63,744 nt of DNA, filler included, from Conidiobolus incongruus B7586 (GCA_000697335.1; 25 parts of 25 records of this genome joined end to end with filler, not necessarily neighbours in it); one strand, 5' to 3'; numbered from the whole stretch's first letter, positions 13,430 to 28,237 are shown. Program-made: numbers and translations. Notes: generated by a model not told the origin, from the sequence alone.

Positions 13430-14739
13430 TTACTTTGTAATTTAAATAATGGGAATTTTTTGAGATTAAAAAAAAATAAACATTTTAATATATAAAAAAT
13501 AAAAATAAATATATATTACAAAATTAATAGTTTCTTTTATTTCTAATAACTTTTTGCTATACTTTTAGTAAAGATCTAATACTTAAAAAATAGTTTGTTT
13601 TATTAAAAACTGAAATTTGATGTTTTACAAACCAATTAAATTTTCCTATTGAAATTTTCTATTTTGTAAACTAATTTTTTAATTGCTTAAAACAATTATA
13701 ATCACATAGGTATTAATCTAAAGAATATACTAGATATAGTAGTTTTTTCCAGTTATTTTTAATTAGAAAGTTTTTTATAACTTTAGATTTATGTATTTTA
13801 AAATTATCATGTAAAATATTAGGTCTTCTCAAATTATATTAAAAACACTAATTAGAAATAGTTTTAATTAAAAAAAATATAAAGTTTACTATTAATAGAT
13901 TTTCCTTTAAGAACTAAATAAGAATAGCATATACTATTATAGTCTATTACTACAATTAACATTTACTTATCAATAAAATATTTATTTAAAGGAATTTGTA
14001 GAAAAGGTTAATTTAACTTAATCCAACACTTTGATTAATATTTTAATAAAGGATTATACAAAAGAATTTAACATTCATTAATCATAATAATTTATTGTAA
14101 AACTTTAGTTTCTAACTATACTTTAATAAGTTTTTTTTAACAATAGCTACTCTAATTTTTTTTAAACTTTAATAAAATTATAAGGTACCTATTTTATATT
14201 TTTATTAATTAATTTTAATTTAAACTTTAATATATATAAAATACTTGTGTGACTAATATTAAAATGTCTTGATAGATTTTTAACTAAAATAAAAAGGTAC
14301 TTTTTAATATAATCTTTTATTTTATTAACAACTAGAAAAGTAACAGTTTAATTTAATCTTTTAGATTTTAACAGGTTTTGGGTAGTTTCTCTTTTAACTT
14401 TAAAGTAATTTACTTAGTAATAAATTGTTGATTTAGATAATATTTTATTATCAAAAGCTGTTTGTAAATTTTAAATGATTTTAAAGGGTTTGTGGTTAAG
14501 TTTTATTAATACTAAAATAAAAAACTTTTGATGGTTACTATTTAGTTTAAACATAATTAAATAAAACAACTAATTTTAAAAAATTAATTTTTTAATCAAA
14601 AAAATTAATATATATATGTATATAATTTAAAAATATATATTTATTATTTGTTTTGTATATATTTACTTATTTGAAACTAATATTATATTTGAAAAATCAG
14701 AAATTAAAAAATTTCCCATTTCTTCAATTCTATAATAAT
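13430..14739 (-). mobile_element. Degenerate full-length mariner family A
   Basis: Reverse complement of family A, with TIR tactttgtaatttaaataatgggaatttttt at the left and aaaaatttcccattt at the right; about 1.3 kb. Confidence 0.9.
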
Positions 14740-15201
14740 ATTAAATAAAATATATTATTAAATATCATTAGGGATTTATAAATAAATAAGTTTANNNNNN
14801 NNNNNNNNNNNNNNNNNNNNNNNNNNNNNNNNNNNNNNTTAATTAATTAANNNNNNNNNNNNNNNNNNNNNNNNNNNNNNNNNNNNNNNNNNNNTTACCT
14901 TATTTATTTATAATTCATAGTTATAATAGAGTTATATTTTAATAATATTAGAATAAACTAATTATATGAAATAATTATATAAATTAATAACAAAGTATAT
15001 CCTTTATTTTAATTTTTAAAAATAAATAAACTAATTTTTTTAATAGACTTTAAGTTTTTTCTATATAAATATTAAATTATTATAATTGCTTAAATAAAAT
15101 TAAAATAAATAAATCTTTATAATAAAACAATAAAATAGTAAAATAGTAAAATAACTGATTAATTTTATTTTTAACCAATAATTTTATATTTTTTTTAATT
15201 A

Positions 15202-16503
15202 TTACTTTTAATTTGATATAATGGGAAATTTTTTAATTTCTGATTTTTCAAATATATCATTAGTTTGAAATAAATAAATATATACAAAGTTAATAAGAGA
15301 TTATATGTTTTAAATATATATATAATATTATTTCGATTAAAAAATTAATTTTTTAAAATAGGTTGTTTAATTTAATCATATTTAAACTAAATAATAATCA
15401 TCAATAGTTTTTTATTTTAATATTAGTAAAACTTAACCATTATCCCTCTAAAATTATTTAAAATTTACAAGCAGCTTTTAATAATAAAGCATTATCTAAA
15501 TCAACAATTTATTGCTAGGTAAATCACTTTAAGGCTAGGAAAGAAACTATCCAAAACTTACTAAAATCTAAAAAACCAACTTTAACTATTACTCTTTCAA
15601 TTATTAATAGAGTGAAAAAATATATTAAAAAACTCTTTTTTATTTCAGTAAAAGAATTATCTAAGCATTTTAATATTAGTCTTATAAGTACTTTATATAT
15701 ATTAAAGTTTAAACTTAAATTAATAAATAAAAATATAAAATAAGTATCTTATAATTTACCTTAAGCTTAAAAAAAGCTAAAGTAATTATTATTAAACAAA
15801 ACTTACTCAAATATTACTAAAAGCTTAAACTTTTACAATGAAAAATTACAATTGATGAATCTTAAATCTTTATGTATAATCTTTTCCTAAAATATAAATC
15901 AAGATGCTAGATTAAGTTAAATCAACCCCCTATATAAAACCCTTTAAATAAGCATTTTATTAATAAGTGAATATTAATTATTATAATAGATTATAATGTT
16001 ATACACTACTCTTATTTAATTCTTGAAGGAAAATCAAATATAGTAAACATTATATATCTTTTTTAAATAGAACTATTACTAATTGGTATTCTTAATATAA
16101 TTTAAGAAAACCTATTATTTTGCATGATAATTATAAGATATATATATCTAAAATTATAAAAAAAACTTTCTAATTCAAAAATAACTTGAAAAAAATACCA
16201 TATCTAGTATATTCTTTAAATTATAATTTATGCAATTATAATTGTTTTGGGTAATTAAAATACTAGCTTATAAAAAAAATTTCTATAAGAAAATTTAATT
16301 AATTTATGAAATATTAAATTTCAGTTCTTAATAAAAAAACCATTTTTTAAGAATTAGATTTTTGTTAAAAATATGATAAAAAGTGATTAAAAATAATGAA
16401 AATTATTAATTATCTATTATATATTTATTTTTATCTTTTATATATTAAAATATTTATTTTTTTTTAATTACAAAAAATTCCTATTATTATTAATACAGAG
16501 TAA
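15202..16503 (+). mobile_element. Degenerate full-length mariner (DD34D) family A, 1302 bp, both TIRs, TA flanks
   Basis: About 30-bp TIRs. Motifs LQAAF..KALSKSTIYC*VNHFKA (HTH), *VSYNL (WVPHxL), ITIDES*IFMYN, ILHDN and YS..YNLC.YNCFG. Confidence 0.92.
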
Positions 16504-18592
16504 TATAATAATTGCTTTAAAGTCTAATAATATTATATATTAAGTAAACTAATAAAATATTTAATTATACTTAGATATACTTAGTTAAGAATAAAAAAAA
16601 TAGATGTTTCAATTTATAATATAGTTTTAGGTATATTATTATGATTCTTAAAGGTTTAATCTAAAGTTTACTATTTTTTACTTTTTAGTTTAATATTTTT
16701 TTTGATTATATAAAACTATATTATTAAGTTTAGATTGTTTACTCTTAATAATTTATATTTTATNNNNNNNNNNNNNNNNNNNNNNNNNNNNNNNNNNNNN
16801 NNNNNNNTTAATTAATTAANNNNNNNNNNNNNNNNNNNNNNNNNNNNNNNNNNNNNNNNNNNNATTAACATATATATGTTGTATAATCGATTATGGAAAA
16901 GAAAATAAAATTTTTTAATATATAAATAATATTAAAATTAAATTCATTATAATTAACTAATAAAAATATTATTAAATATTCTTATTTGAATTTAAATAAA
17001 TAATTTTGGTGTATTTTAAATTTTGAAATTCTGTATTAATTGATGAATTTCTTAAATACTTATATATTTCAAAAATATATTATTAATATATATTTTTAAA
17101 ACATGAATTGATTTAAAATTTAAATTATTTTTATCTTATCTGATTTAAAATAAAAATAAAAATAAATATATATAATTAATTAATTAAAAAATTCTCTCAT
17201 TAATAAAATTTTAATTATATAATCTATTAATTCAATAATTTTAAATGAACTATTATTATTGATATATTTGCAATTTCATTTTATAAAATCTATAATTATT
17301 AACATATAAGAACACTTTTAATTATAATATTAACATTTATTATTTAATTATTATTTTTTATTTAAATTGTTTATTAATAATATATTTTATAATTTGATTT
17401 TAATTTTTATATTTTTCCATAATAATATTAAATTTAATTGAATTATTAAATTGAAATTTGAATATCAATATTAATAAATAAACTTAAAAATCCATATATA
17501 ACAAAATATTAATTTGAATATAAAAAAATTTAATAAATAATAGTTATAACTTTATTTTAAATAAAAATTAATTATAATAAAATAATTTATTGGAGAGAAT
17601 CTTGATAATAATAATATTATAATATTATTTAGTAATTTAATTACTTTTGATTAGCTTTTATAAAATAATGCCTTATTTGGAATCTATAATTATGATTTTA
17701 ATATTAATAAATTTTATCCTTTTAATATATAAGTTATATTTATCAATTTTGATATATTACTTAAGTTGAAGTTATTAAGATCAATTTATTTTCCTATTAT
17801 AAGTTTATTAATTATTTTGATTTTGAATTATTTCTTATAGTTAATAATTGACTCAACCACTAAATTAATACTAAACTTTATAAACTTTAATAGATAAAAT
17901 TTTAAAAATTAATGATTAATAAATAATATATTTTAGTATTATCTTTCTTTAATACTTAATATATTTGATCAATATAATATTTTTCAATTTTTTCAATCAT
18001 AATATAAGTTAAAAGTTATTATCAAAATAATTAACATAGCTAAGTTAAAATAAGTTTAATATGAAATTTAAATTTAAACTTACCAATAATAATTAAATTA
18101 GAATTTTGATTAGAGTCTATATATTTATTAATTATTCAATACTTAATGGATAATTATTATTAACTAATTTTATATAAGCTTTACTAATTTTTTTAAAAAA
18201 AAATTGTATTTGGTATTTTTAAATTATAATAATATTGAAATATAAACAAAATATATAAATAACAAAATTTTTTGAAATTAAAATAAAAAACTGACGGTTA
18301 AAATAGATATTCAGATATTTTTTTTTCAAAATTAATCACTTATTAAAAACATATAATAAAATAATATCAATAATTAAAAATCAATATATAATGGTTATTA
18401 AATTATATATAATATTTATTATTAGAATAATAAATTAAGGAAGTTCTCTTCTAATAATATAAAATAACTTAATAAACTATTCAAAATCAATTNNNNNNNN
18501 NNNNNNNNNNNNNNNNNNNNNNNNNNNNNNNNNNNNTTAATTAATTAANNNNNNNNNNNNNNNNNNNNNNNNNNNNNNNNNNNNNNNNNNNN

Positions 18593-20412
18593 ATTAAAAA
18601 ATAATAAAAGATATTTAAATATAATATTAAATAATTGCTCTATTAAATAATTATTATATTTAATAATTAAATTACTATTTGAAATAGATAAAGATATTTT
18701 TAAAAAAATAAAAGCAAAAATAATATAATTAAAATAACTAAAGGTAATTAAAATACTAATAGGTTTCTTTATAAAATAACTAATTAAAATAAATAATAAG
18801 ATAATTATTAAAGGTAGAAAATCATAATATAAATTAGGTACTAGAATATTTTTAGTTTCTAATATTTTAAAATATTATATCCATTTAATATATAAAATTT
18901 AATTTATAGGATTATTAATTTATTAAAACTTTTGTGGATTAGATTAAAATTTATTAATTATTTATAAAAGAGTAATTTTAAGGCTATGTTGATATTATTA
19001 GAGTTTAATTTATATTTAGTAAATTAAGATTTTTAAAGATTGAACTAATATTGTTTTTTAAGGGATATTTATTATCCTTATAGTTAACTTAAGTTTTTTA
19101 ACAATAATAGCAACTTTTATTTTCTCTCAAATAGATTTAACTTTTCTTTAAGTATTTTCTTATAGAACCTTAAAATAGAAATATTTATTATTTAAGATTT
19201 AAGTAGGTTAAAATTGGTTTTAAAGGATTAATTCTTTAGGTAAAAAGATTTAATTATAAAATAAAAGATATTATTGATCGTAATTATTAAATCACAAATA
19301 TCAAAAAAAAAACATATTTTTAAATTTTTCTTATTAATTAATTAAAGTTGAATATAAAAATTAAAGCTTTATAATAACTTATGGATTAGTTTTTTTAGTG
19401 ATATTTGGTATATTTAAATATATCTCATTGAATATAATAGTTAATTAACTTATAAAAGTTTCTTATTTAAGTTAGAAAGCTTTTCCTTTTTTAATTAAAG
19501 TTAATATTTTAATTAATATTTTTTTATGAGTTTTTTCTAATTATTTAAAAGGTTATACTTTTATAATAAATTATACTTCTAAAGATTCTTTAAGATTAAA
19601 ATTATAATGAGTTAACTACCAAGTGTAAATAGCTTTTTCTAAAGAGAAAGCTAATTTAAATATAAATTTAAATTTTTATTAAAAAGTAAATTAAGATAAT
19701 TTTATATATTTTTTAAATAATTTTTAAGTTTTAAAAGTATTTAAAACTATCATAAAATGTTAATTTATCTTTAAAAATATTAAAAGAGTAATTTAATATG
19801 TTAATAATAATAAACAACTAGGTTATCAGATTTAAAATTTTTGATTATATCTTTCTCAACTAGAAGTTATAAAAATATAAGTTTTTTAAAGGGTAATAAG
19901 CTCTGAGATATCAAAATCTTAAATCTATTTAGTAATTAAATTATTTTAGTTATTAAAATAATATAATGATATTTTTTTAATAATATTATAATATATAATA
20001 ATAAATTTAAATAAAATAAGTTATAAATAAAATTTGAAATAATAATAAAATGATTTAATATAAATAGTTAATAATTTTCAATATATATTTTAAGTATTTT
20101 TGTTATTGCTATTATATAAATTTAATTGTAAAAATTACCAATATAATATAGGGGAAAACATGATATAAAAGTAATATGGTAAAAAGTATGGTAATATAAT
20201 ATAAAATAATAAACAAAGTCAAATTAAGCTTTAAATTAAGATAAGTCACAGATATATTAAGATTTATATTAGATAATAATAATATATTATAATATTGATA
20301 AGATATAGTCTTATTTTTTATAATTAATATAAAAGATAAGAATGATAAAAATTGAGAAAAAAAAGAAAAACCTCGTTTATTAAATAATTTAATATTATTT
20401 ATAAAATTAATC
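18593..20412 (-). mobile_element. Ty3/Gypsy family 1: 5' LTR (20127-20412, cut by gap) plus degenerate gag/protease region
   Basis: The LTR is homologous to 52685-53083 and 28238-28614. The minus strand near 19070-19115 reads CYYC*KT*VNYKDNKYP, a decayed zinc knuckle. Confidence 0.65.
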
Positions 20413-20512
20413 NNNNNNNNNNNNNNNNNNNNNNNNNNNNNNNNNNNNNNNNNNNNTTAATTAATTAANNNNNNNNNNNNNNNNNNNNNNNNNNNNNNNN
20501 NNNNNNNNNNNN

Positions 20513-21523
20513 ATTATATATAATAATAATTATTAAAAGTCTTTTATTTTATTATTAATAAATATAAACCATCATATTCTTAAAATTATTTAAAATTTTT
20601 AAGCAATTGTTATTAATAAAAAATTATTTAAATCAACAATCTATTATTAGGTAAATTATTATTATTATAAAAAAAATTTATCCAAAACTTAATAAAATAT
20701 AAAAAATAATTTCAACTATTAATTTTTAATTATTAATCAAGTGAAAAAATATTTTGAAATATAATTTTTTATTTCAACTAATGAATTATTAAGATATTAA
20801 ATATTAGTTATAAAAAAATTTTAAATAAACTATTTAAATTAAAGCTATAAAATAAAAATATAAAATAGGAATCTTATAATTAAAATAAGCTTAACAAAAG
20901 TTAAAATAACTATTATTCAATAAAACTAACTAGGTTATAGCTATAAACTAAAGTTATTAAACGAAATTATTACAATTTTTAAATCTTTTATCCTTTTTTA
21001 ATAATCTTTTATTTAAATATAAATCAAGATTTTAAATTAAGCTAAATCAACCCTTTTATATATTTAAATATTATAATATCAATAAATAAATATTAATTAT
21101 TATAATAGATTATAATAATATATACTATTCTTATTTGATTTTTATAATCAAATTAATTAATATTTTTCTATATATTGTTATTTTGATTAAAATTATTTCT
21201 ATTTGGAATTTTCAATTAAATTTAAGAAAATCTAGTATATTATATAATAATTATAAAGTATATAGAGCTAAAGCTATAAAAAACTTTTTATTGAAAAATA
21301 ACTGAAGAAAACTACTATATCTAATATATTACTTATATTATAGCTTATATAATTATAATTATTTTAGGTATTTAACAAATTAGCTTATAAAGAACAAAAT
21401 TATTATTATATAATTTATTTAATTTGTAAAATATCAAAATTCAATTTATAATAAAAAAAATATTTCTTAGATATTATAATTTTTCAAAAAATATAGCAAA
21501 AAGCTATTAAAAATAAAAAAAAT
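20513..21523 (+). mobile_element. Degenerate mariner family A, both ends cut by gaps
   Basis: Colinear with 15380-16410 (aaatcaacaat, gtgaaaaaatat, aaatcaaccctttt). Confidence 0.85.
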
Positions 21524-22554
21524 NNNNNNNNNNNNNNNNNNNNNNNNNNNNNNNNNNNNNNNNNNNNTTAATTAATTAANNNNNNNNNNNNNNNNNNNNN
21601 NNNNNNNNNNNNNNNNNNNNNNNAAATTAATATTTATATATTTTTATCTTAATTTATTCTAAAGATTTAAAATGATTTATAATATTTTTTTTAAATATTT
21701 TAAATATTCTTATATTTATTTAATTCTTATATTTATTTTTTTTTAAATTGTATTATCTATTAATTTTTTTAAACTTAATTTTTTTATTTTTTTGGTATTG
21801 TTTTATATTCCTGAAAATAATATAGTTTTTTATAAGAATTCAAAATATCCCAAAAACTTAAATATTTTTTTTCTTGAATTTTAGTTATATATAATATTTA
21901 TGATATATTTTATTTGTATTTTCCTAAATTAGTTTACCTCAAATATAATAGTAGAATATCATAGTTATTTAATTATATTAATATATATTTTAGTAAAAAT
22001 CTTTAATTTTTTGATAATATTTTAAATATGATTCAAATTGTTATTTATTAAACTAAAAAGTTAAACTAGATTTTTATATTAGTTATTATTTAAAATAGCT
22101 TGTTTTGTTGAAAATATTTTATATTTATTCTATGTTAATATATATTATAATATTTATTTTCATTTTTGATATCCTTAAATTTTTTTGCTTTTTTATTAAT
22201 TTTAAATTATATTTTTAATAATCTTCTTTTTGATTCTAAAAATTAATTAATTTATTTTTCTTTGTTAAATTAAATAGATATTTATCTTTGAAATATTAGC
22301 TATTTAAATAATTAAAGCGATAAATAGTAGTTCTTAGATATAATTGATTAATAGCCGTTTTATTTATTTAAAATTTTTTATTAATCAAATGAGTTGACTT
22401 TTTTATTTTTTTTTAATAATAATTCTTATTTCTTTTATAAAATAAATATATGAAAGTTTAGATATTATTTATATATAACTAAATATAATATATTGCAATA
22501 TAATCTGAATATTAATTTTTTTAATATATTATATGTTTTGAAAGATGATATATA

Positions 22555-24033
22555 TACTAACCACCAAAATAAGTCATAAAATCAAAAACATTTATATTTT
22601 TACTAATAATCTGATTAATATTTAATGAAATAAACCTAAATTAAATAATTAAAGTTTATTATATTTTATAATAATATATATCATTAAATGATGATATTTA
22701 GCTATTATTTGGCTAAAATATAAATCTTTAAATTTTATCTATAATAAGTTATAAATTTATGGGTTTTTGGTGATAAAAAAATTAAAACCTATTGTATCTA
22801 TCTTTAGCTTTTATAACTTCTTTAAGTTTATAGGGTATAGAATCAACTAACTTCTTATACTAAGAAGGGTTAATTTTATTCTATATTTCTTGAATATATT
22901 CCTAAAGATGATTTAAATCCTTTGTTAAAGGGAAAGCTTTAATAGCTTCTTTTAACTAATCCCAAAAGTATTTAATTAAGTTAAAGTTAAAAGATTAAAA
23001 ACACCACTTTATAGCTATTATCTTGTTATTTTTAAGCTATTTGGTAATAAAAGCTATAGTATAATAAGAAGTATTATCTTACTGGAAAATAATATTAGAT
23101 TTGTTTAACCTATACTATTCAATAGTTTTTTTCAATTTATTATCTAAAATACTTTACTATATTTTAGTATTAATTCCCTTATTAATTTTATAAAAATACC
23201 CTATACCTAAAGGTATCATATATCCCTAAATAATAATTAACCTATTATTATACTTTTAGGTAAAATTAATATAATAGTTTTAAAATAATTTTGTATCTTT
23301 TTTAAAATATCTAGCTTTTTTATTAGATTTACTAAAGTATATTTTTATTTCATTAGATTAAATAACCTTATTTCAAATTATTTTAATTCAATATTAATAA
23401 TAATATTTAAACTCCCACCTAACTTTATAATATGATTTCTTTAGTTAAAGGTGTTTTTTCTTAAAATATAAGTGATATCCATGTTAATATAAAACACATA
23501 TAATAGTATTAGTGTTAATTAATATTCTTACATAGTTTTATAATTCTTGTTATATTTCTACAACAGTACTATATTTGCCTATACTAATAAACCTATAAAT
23601 ATACTTCTTATCATATTTATTTATAATTTTAACACACTTAAGTTTAAGTGTAAATATGTCTTTATTGTTATTCTTAATAGTTTTAACTATAATAAACTAG
23701 CTAACACTAGTAATTCTGATAATATTATAAGTTGATTTATCTTTTTTATAAAGTTAATTGATATATAAGAAAATTTTTTTAAAACGGGATTTAGGTATAA
23801 TAATATTAATAAAAAAATTTAATATATCAATAAAATATTATATAAAATAATAACAAAGAGAGAAAAAAGATATGGTTATATATTATTAAATATATCCCAT
23901 TACCTCAAAAACCTGTAAATTTATAACTTAGTTAAATATTGAAGGTTAATATTTTTGCTAATAATTTATTAAATTTATCTAAATATATTTATTTATTATC
24001 AAATAATATTTCTTAAATATAAATTTTAGTTTT
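22555..24033 (-). mobile_element. Degenerate Tc1-like (DD34E) transposon family B
   Basis: Minus strand reads KVI*SNEIKI (WSDETK), *GYMIPLGIGYF, IIFQ*DNTS, W..*S.NFNLIKYFWD (SPDLNPIEHLW) and LVDSIPYKLKEVIKAK, with 34 residues from D to the E position. TIR tactaaccaccaaaataagtcataaaatc follows TA. Confidence 0.92.
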
Positions 24034-24133
24034 NNNNNNNNNNNNNNNNNNNNNNNNNNNNNNNNNNNNNNNNNNNNTTAATTAATTAANNNNNNNNNNN
24101 NNNNNNNNNNNNNNNNNNNNNNNNNNNNNNNNN

Positions 24134-24638
24134 TATAATTAATATTAAATTATTTTAATAATTCTCTAACAGAAATAAAGGGATATTTCTTAACATATTT
24201 TTTTATTTTATTGGTAAGTAAAAAAATAACAATATGAATTAATCTTTTAAATTTTAGTAAATTTTAAATAATATCCTTTTTAGCTTTAAAATCACAAATC
24301 TAGTGATATATGGTAGTTTTAAATAAAATACCATCTTTATAAGCTATTTATTACTTTTAAGTGATTTTAGAGGGTTTATGGTTAAGTTTTAAAGATACAA
24401 AAATCAAAGCCTTTTGATAATTATAATTTAGTTTAAATATAATTAAATTTATATATAAATTTCAAAATCAAAATATTTTAATATAAAAAATATAATTAAA
24501 ATTGAATATATATATATATAGTTTGAGAATATTTATTTTCTTATATATTATATATATGTATATAATTTTTCAAAATATATAATATATTTGAAAGATCACA
24601 AATTAAAAAATTTACCATTTTTTAATTTCTATACTAAT
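24134..24638 (-). mobile_element. Mariner family A (variant) 5' end, inserted into a Tc1 copy
   Basis: Matches the reverse complement of the mariner 5' region and TIR, and abuts internal Tc1 transposase sequence. Confidence 0.75.
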
Positions 24639-25828
24639 AAAAAAAGTAAATTTTATTTTATGCTTCTTGAATATATTTTTAAAATTAATTTAAATTTTTT
24701 GTTAAAGGAAAAGCTTTAATAGTTTTTTTTTAACTAATCTTAAAAATATTTAATTAGGTTAAAAATAAGAAATTAAAAAGGTTATTTTATAATTATTATT
24801 TTGTTATTTTTAAGCTATTTAGTAATAAAAGTTATAATATACAAAAGGTATTATCTTATTAAGAAATAATATTAGATCTGTTTAACTTATATTATTCAAT
24901 AGTTTTTTTCAATTTATTGTTTATAATATTTTAGTATATTTTAATATTAATTCTTTTATTAATTTTATAAAGATACTTTATACCTAAAGATAATATATAT
25001 CCTTAAATAATAATTAACCTATTATTATATTTTTAGGTAAAATTAATTTGATTGTTATAAATCAATTCTATATTTTTTTTAAAATACTTAGCTTTTTTAT
25101 TAAATTTATCAAAATATATTTTTATTTCATTAAATTAAATAATTTTATTTTAATTAATTTTAGTTTAGTATTAGTAATAATATTTAAACTTTTATTTAAC
25201 TTTATAATATGATTTCTTTAGTTGAAGGTATTTTTTTTAAAATATAAGTAGTATTTATATTAATATATAGCATATATAATAGTATTATATTAACTAATAT
25301 TCTTATATAATCTTATAGTTCTTGTTATATTTTTATAATAATACTATACTTACCTATATTAACCAAATTATAAATATACTTCTTATTATATTTATTTATA
25401 ATCTTAATATACTTAAGTTTAAATATGATTTTATTATTATTTTTAATAACTTTAACTATAGTAAACTAATTAACACTAGTAATTCTAGTAATATCATAAG
25501 TTAATTTATCTTCTTTATAAAGTTGATTAATATATAAATAAATTTTTAAAAGAGAGATATAAGTATAATGATACTAATAAAAAAAATTTAATATATCTAT
25601 AAAGTATTATATAAAATTACAGCAAAGAGAGAAAAAAGATATGGTTATATATTGTTAAATATACCCTTTTATCTTAAAAACCTATAAATTTATAATTTAT
25701 TTTAGTTAAATATTAAGGGTTAATATTTTTGCTAATAATTTACTATATATATCTAAATATATTTATTTATTATTAAATAATATACCTTAATTATATATTA
25801 TAATTTTAAGTAATCTAATATATATAAC
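24639..25828 (-). mobile_element. Degenerate Tc1 family B (contains spurious ORF 25322-25504)
   Basis: Colinear with 22860-24030; differences are mostly transitions. Confidence 0.9.
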
Positions 25829-25928
25829 NNNNNNNNNNNNNNNNNNNNNNNNNNNNNNNNNNNNNNNNNNNNTTAATTAATTAANNNNNNNNNNNNNNNN
25901 NNNNNNNNNNNNNNNNNNNNNNNNNNNN

Positions 25929-27145
25929 GGATATACTTAACAATATATAACTATATTTTTTTTTCTTTTTTTGTATATAATTTATAAAATATTTTAAGAT
26001 AAATTAAGTTATTATATTAATATTATTATATTTAAATCCTTCACTAAAAAAATACATTTATATATTAATTAACTTTATAAAAAAGATAGATCAACTTATA
26101 ATATTATTAGAATTACTAGTGTTAATTAATTTATTATAGTTTAGGTTATTAAAAATAAAAATAAAAATATATTTAAACTTAAATTTAAATATATTAAAAC
26201 TATAAATAAACAAAACAAAAAAAAATATATTTATAGTTTAATTAGTACAAATAAGTATAATTTTATTATAAAAATATCACAGCAATTATAAAATTATATA
26301 AAAATATTAGTTAACATTAATAATATTATATATGTTTATATTAATATAAATACTATTTTTAATTTAAGAAAATATACCCATGATTAAAAAAATTTGATTA
26401 TAAAGTTAAATAAAAATTGAAATATCATTATTAATATTAAATTAAAACTATTTAAGATAAGGTTATTTAATAAAATAGCAATATATTTTAATAAATTAAA
26501 TAAAAAGCCTAGATACTTGGAAAAATATACAAAATTATTTTATAACCATTATGTTAATTTTACCCAAAAATATAATATTAAGTTAATTATTATTTAAGGA
26601 TATATATTATCTTTAGATATAAAATATCTTTATATAATTAATAAGGGAATTAATATTGAGGTATATTAAAGTATCTTAAAAAATAAATTGAAAAAACTAT
26701 TAAATAATATAAGTTAAACAAATTAAATATTATTATTTGATAAAATAATACCTATTATTATATTATAGCTTTTATTATTAAATAATTTAAAAAAAATAAT
26801 AGTTATAAAGTAGCTTTGTTAATTTTTTAACCTTAATTTAATTAAAAATCTTTAAAATTAGTTAAAAAACTATTAAAGTCTTCTTTTTAACAAAAGATTT
26901 AAATTAGGTTTAAAAATATATTTAAGAAGTATAAAATTAAATTAACCTTATTTAATATAAGATATTAGTTGATTTTATATCTTATAAACTTAAAAAAATT
27001 GAAAACTAAAGATAAATATATTAAGTTTTAATTTTTTTAACATCAAAAGCTTACAAATTATTATATATCTTAAATAAAATTTAAAATTGGATATCTTAAC
27101 TAATTAATAGTAAAATATAAATATTTAATTATTTATAATATACTA
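25929..27145 (+). mobile_element. Degenerate Tc1 family B
   Basis: Reverse complement of 22700-23900. Confidence 0.88.
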
Positions 27146-27245
27146 NNNNNNNNNNNNNNNNNNNNNNNNNNNNNNNNNNNNNNNNNNNNTTAATTAATTA
27201 ANNNNNNNNNNNNNNNNNNNNNNNNNNNNNNNNNNNNNNNNNNNN

Positions 27246-28237
27246 TTTAATATAATAATTAATATTTAATTAATAATAAAATATTTATATAAAGGAATTT
27301 AAGAAAAGGGTTAATTTGGTTTAATTTGTATTTTGATAAAAAATAATATAAAAAAACTAATCTATTATTTATAATGATTTATCCTAATATTCTTAGTTTT
27401 TGAGTATATTTTGAAAAATTATATTTAATATTAATTTTTCTGAAATTTTTTTAAAGTTTAATTAAACTATAAAGTATTTATTTTAAATATTTTATATTAA
27501 TTTAAATTTAATCCTTATTATATAAAATATTTATATAATTAATATTAAATTATTTTGAAATTCTTTAATTAAAACAAAAAATATCTTTTATTATATTTAT
27601 TAATTTTATTAATATTCAAAATAATAATATTGCAAGGCTTCTGAAAAGTAGTTTTATGATAAAAATCATGTGAGCTAGATAAAACAGGCCAAAGATGGCT
27701 AACTAGATACTTTAGAGAAGTTTTATTAAAATATCAAGATCTAGGGCTTGGCCTTGATCAAAGTGATCCCTTAGTAAATATCTGTCCAGTGATTATTTTA
27801 TAATGTGGTTGATCCTTGGATAATGTGTTAAGGCTCTAGCTTTTGCTATAGTCTGGAATTTTCCATTATGCAAAGGATGTTCCTGATATTTATAAGTGGA
27901 TTATATCTGGAATCTTGACAGACAGTTAAAATTAAAAGTTGAGCAGACCTCCCAATCCGCAATAATATTTAATATTAGATTTTAGACTATAACAAGTTTT
28001 AAATAAGTTCTTTTTTAGCTTCGAAATAACATATATAATAATAAATAGTTTATTTGAATAATATATCATTATAAAAAGTTATTTTTAAATTTTTATTATA
28101 TTTAAAAAATTTATGGCTAAATTTTTGCAAATATTAAAATAAAAACTTTTAATAATCATTAATTAGTTTAAATAAATTTAAATTAAATAGTAAAAATTAA
28201 AAATTTAAATATTTAATCTAAAAATATAATATATATA
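27246..28237 (-). mobile_element. Degenerate mariner family A variant, interrupted by the insertion at 27628-27964
   Basis: Sequence on both sides of the insertion is colinear with 29870-30480 and 24134-24520. Confidence 0.7.
27628..27964. mobile_element. GC-richer 337-bp insertion, probable solo LTR (family 3)
   Basis: Inverted termini TATTGC...GCAATA and an abrupt composition change inside a mariner relic. TSD imperfect. Confidence 0.55.

Noticed and set aside
23547..25504. Paralogous small ORFs 23547-23735 and 25322-25504 (MLYFYN...)
   Set aside because: Antisense frames of the decayed Tc1 transposase; their similarity reflects the repeat.
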